64,000 nucleotides of DNA from positions 11,904,001-11,968,000 of the forward strand of contig OZ024744.1 of assembly GCA_964016885.1 (NCBI GenBank), read 5' to 3'. A program made the position numbers and the translations under genes. The notes beneath the pieces were generated by a model, which saw only the letters and a program-made list of their open reading frames with translations, did no database searches and had not been told where the DNA came from. This document shows, one piece after another, positions 54,249-64,000 of the stretch. Positions within the stretch are counted from its first letter, which is position 1, and each line of letters starts with the position of its first letter. The stretch comes from Eledone cirrhosa. Its lineage: Eukaryota.

Positions 54249-54981
54249 GGCGACCTACGTAGTAAATCGTATCATCGTGAGCTCCGCAAAGGTTTGTTAT
54301 TTCCGTTTGTTAAAAATTGTCACTTATGGAAAATTTTATTGTTAACTGTTTATAAGCGCACATACATTGTTTTCCGAAAAGGACACCCAAAAAGATTGGG
54401 GCCTTGTGCCCAAAATTTAAACTTTTATTATTATCAAAAAATTTCTTTGAAAAAAATGGCTAATTCACCTCTGCACGAAGCAGCTGAAAGCCTTCCTCAC
54501 AAATTAACACCTCACACCGACACCACCATTGTAAATGTTACTACGTTTGCCAACACAAAAAAAATATAAGCACTAGCAATATTTTAAATTTGTCTCAGGC
54601 AGACATTCATTTCCCGCCATTACCAATGACTGCAGGTGTTAAAGCCTCCACCACCACCACCACCGCGACAACAGAAACAAAAGAAGAAAAAAATAAATTA
54701 ACTCGTGATGTCGAAATGAAATCAAGCAAAATGGACTCTTCCGCACCAAAGACGACTGACGTCACCACCACCACAACTGAAACTAAAATTAATATTAACA
54801 CAAATAACGATAGCAACAACAACAACAATGACATTATAAAACCGACCCTCAGTTTCGCCATAGTAGCAAAACAGTTTGAAGCATTCACGGTAACTCAGGA
54901 GGATTTAGAAAATGCCAAACAAATGGTAAAGAAAGATGGGTACAGGGTCAGCCTCCCCCCCCCCCCCCCACACCTAATAAA

Positions 54982-56430
54982 ATGGAGCATCGGCGCCTAT
55001 GCACCGTGTCGTATAGAACAATAAATGTAAAATCGCGCCGAGTGGAACGGGCATCCGAGTCCCAAATCCAAGAAGCTTTGGGACATGTGTGGGCAAGAAA
55101 AACCCACATCAGACGTGGGCAAAAGTATGGAACCGTGGATGTGTTCTTTGAAACACCAGAGGAGGCTAGAGAACACTCCATGGCCCCATTAAAAAGTGAC
55201 GACTTCACACTCGTCCCAAGCTATTGTGGCCAGAGACTCGTAAAGATCAGGGTGACCCACGTTCCACCGGCATTCGAAATTCCATGGCTAATAGCGGCTG
55301 TCCTCGCCGGCATCGAAGCCAACACGAAAATAATAGCAATAGCAAAAGAAAAGCAGGAAAACTGGTCCGGATCTGGGATGGAGCTCCTGATCCAAGCGGA
55401 CCAAAAAAGCATTGAGGAGATCCCAGAGGTAATAGACCTCACTGACGGCAGCCACCTCACGGTAATTGTCGAGGGCAGAAGACCTAGGTGTGTCGTTTGT
55501 GGTGAAGGAACCCACCTAAGGGCTTTCTGCCCTCAGGCTAAAAGGTTGAGGCCACCTCTCCTACCCACCCCAGTGACACAACCATCAACACCACCAGTAG
55601 CAGAGATGGCAGCAACAACTGTAGCAACAACAACAGAAGCAACTATAACAGCAACAACCCCAGCAACAGTAGCAAAACCAACACCACTACCACCACCAGC
55701 AAAACCAACACCACCACCACCCAACGCTTCAGAACTAGCACCAGCGCCTACACCATCCACCACACCACAACCAAAACTAACGGCTGTGGAGGATTTTCCA
55801 CTCCCCGGCCTATCACAACTGGAGACAGATTGTGACGACGAGGAGTGGGAAATGATATCCGGAAAAAAAAAAAGAAACCAAAAAAGAAAAAATTCTCTTC
55901 CTTCCCCCTCCAAAAACAAAATACAGAGGGAAACAAATAAATTAAGAAACAAAAAAGTTAGGACAGATATGCCACCATCCACACCAGCATCACCAACCCC
56001 ATCAACCCAAACACCAACACCATCACCATCATTAACCCCAGCACCACCATCACCTACACCACAAAAGTCACCAAAATGCGAAACAGAAACAAACCCACAA
56101 CAAACGCAAACAAAACAAAACAACCAAAACGATACACACTACACAGCATTAAATTTGAACAACAAGCAATTATTACACTACATCCAACACAACACCAGCA
56201 TCACAGAAAAAGACTACACAACAACCTCAAAATTCACACCACCTCCACACATACAAATCACTCGCATCACACAGAAAACGTACATGACACTAAAACAAAA
56301 ATTCCCCAAAGACATCGGAGACTTCCGACAAGCACTCTCCAGGAGGATTTATAAGGACATCCTTCCTGAGGAGGCCACAAGCAGTGAAAAGGATGGAAAA
56401 ACCGTCCTTCCCCTACGAGAAGTAAGGTAA
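54982..56430 (+). CDS. Tx1 ORF1 (RRM-like region, CCHC knuckle, Pro/Thr-rich tail)
   Basis: CVVCGEGTHLRAFC knuckle. The true start is probably upstream, broken at the C-run near 54960. Confidence 0.8.
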   Translation: MEHRRLCTVSYRTINVKSRRVERASESQIQEALGHVWARKTHIRRGQKYGTVDVFFETPEEAREHSMAPLKSDDFTLVPSYCGQRLVKIRVTHVPPAFEIPWLIAAVLAGIEANTKIIAIAKEKQENWSGSGMELLIQADQKSIEEIPEVIDLTDGSHLTVIVEGRRPRCVVCGEGTHLRAFCPQAKRLRPPLLPTPVTQPSTPPVAEMAATTVATTTEATITATTPATVAKPTPLPPPAKPTPPPPNASELAPAPTPSTTPQPKLTAVEDFPLPGLSQLETDCDDEEWEMISGKKKRNQKRKNSLPSPSKNKIQRETNKLRNKKVRTDMPPSTPASPTPSTQTPTPSPSLTPAPPSPTPQKSPKCETETNPQQTQTKQNNQNDTHYTALNLNNKQLLHYIQHNTSITEKDYTTTSKFTPPPHIQITRITQKTYMTLKQKFPKDIGDFRQALSRRIYKDILPEEATSSEKDGKTVLPLREVR

Positions 56431-56464
56431 GTGGTCTTTCCCATCTTTTCCACTCCTTTTCAAC

Positions 56465-59233
56465 ATGACCTCACTCAGAATAGGCAGCATAAATGCGCGT
56501 GGCTTGGGGTCGTCATGGAAGCAGGGCCACCTGCTCAACGACCTCAGGTCACTAAACATAGATGTAGTGGCCATCAGCGAGACCAGAATCTCCGAAGCAC
56601 AGGCTTTCGCACCGATCTTCGGCGGCTACGATGTGTACGCATCTCCCAGCCGTCCGGGATCGGGGAGAGGAGTTGCTGTGCTTTTTCGGAGAGGTTTGGA
56701 TCTTGCCATACGGGCCATCTTCCTGGACCCAGAAGGTAAGTTGGTGGTGCTGGACGTGACCAGCGGAGACGGCCAAGCTTTCAGGTTAGTGGCCGTCTAT
56801 GCCCCGACAGGAGCAGGGCGGCCTGATTTCTTCCGGCGTCTGGAGACCTTTCTTGGAACGTCCCGCTCTTTAGTGTTAGTGGGCAACTGGAACGGGATCT
56901 TAGATGCACGCTGGGATTGTGTGGGATTAGTGGATAGAGAAGGAGGGTGCAAGAGTCTCACCAACCTGCTCAGACGTTTTGAACTGTCTGACAGGTACCG
57001 AATGGATTTCCCGAATGTACCAATGTGGACTTGGACAAATCGCATAGGGTCATCCAGATCATATCTAGATAGAGTATTTTGTAGGGAAATAGATAGGTCT
57101 AGCATAGGCTGTCCACAATTCAAGATAGTCAGCTACACGGACCACAAATTCGTGATCTGTGTGCTTGACTTAGATAGGCTTCATAGACGAGGACCCGGCT
57201 ACTGGAAGCTAAACGCGTCCTTACCAGCGCGCAAGGCCTACAGAGACCGGATTAGCGAACTAGTTAAGCGGGCGTTGACGGGGGCCATCGTCAACAACAA
57301 GTGGTGGTTTGCTCTGAAAAGAGCAATTAGAATAGAGTCCATTAGGTTTAGTAAGACTTTAGCAATAGAGAAAAATAGAGCAGAGGGAGAATTAGTTAGA
57401 AAATTAGATGAGGCGCTTAGCAAAGGCATCGCGACCGACGTACTTGCGGCGAAATTGGCCCTTGACCAATTCTTCAATGCAAAGCACGAAGGCTGCGTTG
57501 TCAGAGCTAGGGTGCGTGCTCTCAGACACGAGGGGACGAAAGCCGTTCAATGGGCCCGAGTGGCGGAGGCGCGTCGTGGCAACAAAGCCACGATCCGGTC
57601 TTTGGTGGACCACGACGGGCGCATGCTACTCGATCCCGGGCAAATGTGTGAAGCTTTTCAGCGACACTTCGCTCAACTGTTCGGGGGGCAGTGGCGGGTC
57701 GGTTCGAGGGATGGACTTTAGTGTCTACCTCGACGGACTGCCGCGGCTTTCGGCCACTGAGGCGGAGTGTTGCGAAAAGCCGATAACAACCGCTGAAGTA
57801 CGGGATGCAATGACTAGTTGCACAAGGGGTAAATCGCCTGGTTTAGATGGTCTGCCCTATGAACTTTACGTACAAATGCCAAACTTGTTCGGAGGCCTCT
57901 TGGCGGACGTCTACTGCAACTGGCAACAGAACGGGAGAATTCCCAGCTCTGTGAGCCGAGGAGCGGTGGCGCTGCTGAGAAAGGATCCGAACAAGGGGGA
58001 TAACATAGATAATTTTAGGCCCATAACTCTGCTAAACACAGAGTTCAAGATTTTGGCCAAGGTGCTAGCAAAGAGGTTGGCGCTTGTCGTTGGTGGTCTG
58101 GTGGGAGAGGCACAGACATGCGCCATTCCCGACAGATCCATTCACGACACCCTCCACCTCATGCGATACATCGTAGAGAGGGTAGCTAGGGAACCTGGCA
58201 CGGGTGGGTCTTTGATCAATTTAGATCAGTCGAAAGCCTTCGATAGGGTCGACCATCGTTACCTAGCGGCAGTCCTGAGGGCGGCTGGCTTTGGGCCCGT
58301 CTTCAGAGGCTGGATCGCTGCCATGCACAGCGACATCTGCTCTGTAGTGAGAGTGAACGGTCACCTTTCGGAACCGTTCAACATCATGCGCTCGGTCCGC
58401 CAAGGATGTCCCCTCTCGTACGTATTGACTCTCGAGCCATTACTGCACAAACTGGAGACGTTGAGGGGGGTCCCGCGCGAACTAGGATGCGGAAGATCCG
58501 TGTCAGCATATGCCGACGATGTCACCGTAGTGGTGTCGAACGCCAAACACATCGAGGCGATCGGCACTACACTAAGAGAATACGAAGCGGTGACAGGAGC
58601 AATGATCAACCAGGAAAAGTCAGAGGGCCTGCAGCTCGGCACCTGGAGAGGCAGGTCCATGCCGTCCAACAGCGTCGTCGGGCGCTGGATGGACGGACCG
58701 GTTAAATTGCTAGGGGTCTGGTTCGGTCCAGACCTCCAGACGGACAAAAACTGGGACGAGGTGACGAGCAGGGTGGCTTCTCTCACCCAGAAATGGGCCG
58801 AGAGGAAGCTATCCCTGAAAGGTCGAGCGGAGGTGGCTAACGCGTACATCGCACTGCACTCGTCCAGTGTCCGAGCATTGCTGACTTGTGGGTTTATGTC
58901 GAACACCTGCTGTCACGTGTAGGACGGATCCAGCTATCAGCTGAGTCCATCGTGAGGATTGCCCCGTCCCCTTCCTTTAGACGGGAAGGGCGGGCAGTTT
59001 TTATCTGTCTGGTGGCCATGGCGAAAGAGATAGTATGGTGGACACGTTTGAAAGGGCTGAAGACAAGCACTTACCTCTTCGGTGATGCCCTGATTAACTT
59101 TTTCAAATTTCATTTGAAAAGGAAAATCAGGGTAGAGAGGGAAGGGCTCTCTTCCCAGCATTTTGTTGAAAGATGGGTGAGAGAAGCAAGTATGGCCCGA
59201 GTGAATGGGCCTTCTCTGAGTATGTGTCTGTAA
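56465..59233 (+). pseudogene. Tx1 ORF2 (AP endonuclease + RT), frameshifted and internally deleted
   Basis: INARGL, TDHK, KSPGLDG, NFRPITLLN, DQSKAFDRV, RQGCPLS, AYADD; frameshift ~57690, deletion ~58852. Confidence 0.92.
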
Positions 59234-59609
59234 ATTAAAGGTGGAAAACTGGGAGAGGGCACTTGCCCTGGTGGTCAGGGCCACTGTGGTCTTTTAATGG
59301 GCTTTCTCCACAAATGTCCCTTGGAAGTCTCCCCCCTATTGGGGAATTTTTCTTTGTTATTTTATTTCAACCTCTGTTTTTTTACACGCAGAAATGCCCT
59401 TTTGTACCGTCCTGTATTGTCCTGTACTGTCCTTAATGTCTACTTTATGTGAACCCTTGTGGTTAATAAAGAAAACATTATTATTATTATTATTATTACT
59501 ATTATTATTACTTTTTTTTTTTTTTTTTTTCCAATTTAATGATGTTCCAGAACAATATAAAAGAGATAATTGGCAATTTAGGTTCTGGAACAAAAAAGAT
59601 AATTGGCAA

Positions 59610-62600
59610 TAAGGGCAGGGGCCCCAGGTTATCACAGCCTGGGCCCGTTCGTCATCGTGCCATTGTAATAGAGCCAAACAAGGCATTTAGTCTTGGCTGC
59701 TGGAACATACGGACGCTGCTTGACAGGGATTCCTTGGGGCGTCCTGAACGAAGGACCACTCTTGTTGCAAAGGAGCTTTGACGTTACGTGGCTTTATCTG
59801 AGACGAGGCTAGCTGGAGATGGTCATCTTACGGAATTTTGTGGAGAATATACATTCTTCTGGAAAGGAAGAGATGAAGGAACCAGAAGAGAGGCTGGGGT
59901 AGGATTTGCTGTTAAGACTGTGCTTGTGAACAAATTAGAAGAATTCCCAGTAGGGATTAGTGAGCGTCTTATGTCCATGAGAGTTCCGCTGGACAAGGGA
60001 AGATATGCTACCCTGTTGAGTGTGTATGCTCCAACTATGAGTTCTGTCGATGAGGAAAAAGTGTCCTTTTACCATGCCTTGAAAGGTGTTTTAAGAAATA
60101 TCCCTCAGGCAGACAAAGTCATCGTGCTTGGTGACTTTAATGCTAGAGTGGGTAGGGATTTTAACACATGGAATGTAATCGGAAGGCATGGGGTGGGAAA
60201 GTGTAACAGCAATGGTATGCTCCTGCTGCAGATGTGTGAGGAGCTGGATCTGTGTGTTACCAACACCATGTTCCAACAAAAGAACAAATTCAAGACCACA
60301 TGGATGCATCCTGCATCTAAGGAATTGCATCTTTTGGACTACGTCCTAGTCAGGATGCGTGACAGACAGGATGTGCAGTGTGTTCGTGTTCTTCGTGGAG
60401 CTGAGTGCTGGACGGACCACCGCCTGGTACGCGCAAAAGTGAATCTAATCACCAAACGTAAAATCCGGGCTCCTGGTGTTGCCCTGCCCAAAAGATTGAA
60501 TGCTGCTCGTCTTAAGGATAAAAATGTGAAGAGGACATTGGAAGAAGAGATGCAGGCTGCAGATCTTGGTGAGGATTGGCCGACCCTTAAAAAGTCGGTT
60601 TATGATGTAGTCAGGCGTGTTCTGGGATTGGCACAGAGGAAACATCAGGACTGGTTTGATGAGAATGATGTACATATAGAATACTTGTTGGCTGATAAGA
60701 GGCGTGCTCTGTCACGCTACTTGACGGCAAAACCACAGGAGAGAAATACGTTGCATGAGGAACTCAGGGATGTAAAATCACGTGTTAGGCGGAGTCTTTC
60801 TCAGATGAAGGATCAGTGGTGGAGTGAGAAGGCTGGTGAGATACAAACTGCGTCTGATTCCAATAACACAAAGCTGTTGTACAGCCTCTTGCGTGAGGTT
60901 TATGGACCGTCTTCTTCTCTGGTGACACCGCTTCGCAGCAAGGATGGCAAAGAACTTCTTCGTGACTCACAAGGAATTCTACGAAGGTGGCGAGAGCACT
61001 TTGATGATCTTTTGAATCAGCCGTCTGTCGTCAGTGAAGATTTCCTCAATCTCATTCCAGAAAATCCTGTGAAAGTAGTTCTCGCAGAACCTCCGACGCT
61101 TGTGGAGGTTGCAGTGACTATTTCGAAGCTGAACAGTGGAAGATCTCTAGGTATGGATGGCATACATGCTGAGCTCCTACAATATGGTGGTGAGAGACTC
61201 CTGCAACATCTTCACTCTTTGTTTGGTAGGATATGGGCTAATGAATCCGTACCTGAGGACTGGAGAGATGCAGTAATGGTGGTCTTGTACAAGGGAAAGG
61301 GTAACAGGAACGCTTGTGGGAACTACAAAGGTATATCATTGCTTTCTGTTGTAGGGAAAGTTTTATGTAGGGTGCTTCTGGACCGTCTGCTGACACATTG
61401 CAGATTGTGTTCTTCCTGAAAGTCAATCTCGTTTTCGTGCTGGACGCGGCACTACTGATATGATCTTCTCAGCTAGACAGCTCCAGGAGCAGTGCATGGA
61501 ACAAGGCTTGGATCTGTATCAGGTTTTTGTCGATCTGACAAAAGCTTTCGATACTGTTAACAGAGATGCATTATGGAAGGTTCTCCAGAAACTTGGTTGC
61601 CCTGATAAATTCCTTGCTTTAGTTAGGTCGTTCAATGACGACATGAAGGCTTGGGCTAATGTCGGAGGTAACATGTCGGACCCTATCTCAGTAAAAAATG
61701 GAGTGAAACAGGGGGATATTCCAGCACCGACCCTGTTTGCCATATACTTTGCAATGGTTTTCTGTATTGCATTCAGGAATTGCGAGCATGGTGTTTACAT
61801 CCGATATCGAACCTCAGGCAGCATATTTAACATCAGGCGCTTTGCTGAGAAGACAAAAGTATTTACATCAATCGTAAGAGACCTCTTGTATGTAGATGAT
61901 TGCGATCTTGTAGCGCACACAGAGAGTGATATGCAGCACATTTTGAATGCATTTTCTGACGCTTGCACTGCCCTAGGTCTGACTGTCAGTCTCAAGAAAA
62001 CCGTCGTCATGTACCAACCTGCCCCTGGTAAGCAGTACACTGAACCAAACATCTATGTGCATGGCAAACGACTTGGAGTGGTTGATCAGTTTGTCTACCT
62101 GGGGAGCACTGTCAATCGATACGGCAACCTTGACAGTGAAATCTCACTTAGGATTAGGAAAGCAAGTAATGCTTTCGGAAAGCTAGAAAGGCGACTCTGG
62201 GGTCGGCGAGACATATGGAGGAGGACAAAGGTAAAGGTGTACAGGGCATGTGTGCTCTCTTGTCTTCTTTATGCCTGCAAGACCTGGGTCACATATCGAC
62301 ACCACCTTAAGCAATTGGAGCGTTTCCATCAGATGTGTCTCAGACGGATCCATGGCGTTCACTGGAGGGACCACATCAGTGATGTCGAGATTTTGGAGAG
62401 CTCTATGTGTGACAGTATAGAAGCTCTTGTGCTTAAGCAACGACTCCGTTGGAGTTGTCACCTTGCCAGGATGAAGGATTCTAGAATACCAAAACAACTC
62501 TTTTATGGAGAGTTGGTTAAAGGAAAACGACCGCCACATAAACCAAAAAAGAGGTATAAGGATTCCTTGAAAGCCTCTCTGAAAGACGCTAACATCTCTG

Positions 62601-63240
62601 CTGATACATGGGAGAATATTGCTGCTGATCGTAATAAATGGAGAAAGACTGTATATGAGGGAAAAGTTGCCTTTGAGGCATCTCGAATCGCATACGAGAA
62701 AGTAAAGCGGGATGTGAGGAAGGGCATTGCACTTCCAGACGGCGAGGGTCCTCCTATGGTGCTGACATGCAGCGTATGTGCGAGACTCTGCCTAAGCAAA
62801 GCTGGACTCGAAAGTCATCTTCGCAGTCATAAAGTAAGACCAGTGGTTGACTACCAGGCTTCTGTTGGAGATGCTACTCATCATGCTTGCCAAACATGTG
62901 GTAGAGAATGTAAATCAGCAGGAGGGCTCAAGCGACATGCAAAAGTACACGAACTCCAGCCACAGCCGACTATTCCCAGTGAATGTTTTGGTTGCCGACT
63001 CTGTGCAAGACATTTTAGATCATTGGCTGGGCTAAAAAGCCACATTCGATCGCAGCACTGTTAGTTGCTATCGTGTGTGTGTGTGTAGATATGCTTATGT
63101 GTGTGCGTGTGTGTGTATATATATATGTATATCTATATTATTATTGTTGTTGTCGTTATTATTATTGTTGTTATTATTATTATTATTATTATTGTTATTA
63201 ATGTATGTGTGTGTATATGTGTGTGAGTGTGTGTGTGTGG

Positions 63241-63272
<32 letters not shown>

Positions 63273-63372
63273 ATATATATTTCTTTTTTTTTCTTTTTAT
63301 TTATTATTATTTTTTTTTTTTTTCTTTCTCCTCGTGCAATGGCCATACTCGATAACGAGGGGGAAGCCATCA
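59610..63372 (+). mobile_element. Near full-length RTE-clade LINE (APE + RT + three C-terminal C2H2 fingers), disrupted
   Basis: WNIRTL, ALSETR, VYAP, GDFNARVG, TDH, FVDLTKAFD, GVKQG, YVDD; frameshift ~61395; ORF ends 63064; probable 3' tail at 63340-63372. Confidence 0.92.
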
Positions 63373-63636
63373 TGTATGTATGTATGTATGTATGTATGTA
63401 TATATGTATGTTCTTCTGGTTTTATAATTTCACAAAGTGTTACCAATAGAGAGAGAGTCGGTTTCTAACATAGACACAAGACTCTCTCATTGGAATTTAC
63501 ACAACATCAACTAGGTAGATATGTATGTATGTCTGCATGTGTAGATATGGATGTTATTGTATGTGTGGATGTGGATGTTTTGAGTTGTATGTGTGTATGT
63601 GTATATGCTTTGCATCTGTTCATGTTTATGCAGTTA

Positions 63637-64000
63637 TTAGATGCAAAATGTTTGGAATGTTTTACATATTTTTACTGTTCCATTAATGGATTGTACTTGT
63701 AATTTCCTAACTAGTTGTGTTCTTTCTGTTCCTGTGAAGCCTAGCTTCTCAAGATTTGTATTAAGGCAGTTACTGACATATCCCAGTGTCCCAATAATCA
63801 CAGGCATAAATCTGAAGGTGTAATCAGGGTGGAGTATCTGAAGATTTCTCATCAATTCTGCATAAATATTCTCCTTTTCACTACTCTTTGCTATTATATT
63901 GGCATCTGCTGGGCAGCTAATTTCCACTACTGTGCATGGTTTCTTCTCCCTGTCCCATATCATAATATCTGGTCTGTTATGCCTGCATTTTATTGGGGTT
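63637..64000 (-). mobile_element. R4/Dong-type non-LTR element 3' end (restriction-like endonuclease)
   Basis: RPDI..WD..VEISCP.D..EK..Y..L..PVIIG.LG. Confidence 0.8.

Larger units (their letters stand above)
54249..59476 (+). mobile_element. Near full-length Tx1-clade non-LTR retrotransposon within (TAT)n
   Basis: 5' UTR, ORF1, ORF2, 3' UTR and AATAAA; (TAT)n at 54203-54248 and 59478-59509. Confidence 0.92.

Overview
This is a repeat-saturated eukaryotic window with a 200-N gap at 9304-9503. The SINE families and (TA)n/(GA)n/(GT)n density look like an octopod cephalopod genome; that assignment is inferred. Almost all of it is nested transposon debris: RTE, Tx1/L1, CRE and R4-type non-LTR elements, Penelope-like elements (PLEs; Naiad- and Neptune-type), a Merlin DNA transposon, non-autonomous Helitrons, MITEs, probable solo LTRs and tRNA-derived SINEs. 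No transposon ORF set is intact. Two phase-compatible candidate host exons on the minus strand suggest part of the window is intron. The most notable signal is about a dozen type I hammerhead ribozyme motifs from several unrelated sequence families. They occur in the terminal repeats of a Naiad element, in short non-coding partial-tandem (retrozyme-like) units, and in near-perfect fold-back palindromes embedded in (TA)n. Two inversion junctions map onto a ribozyme cleavage site or stem III. Folds were paired by eye, and boundaries of degraded elements are approximate.
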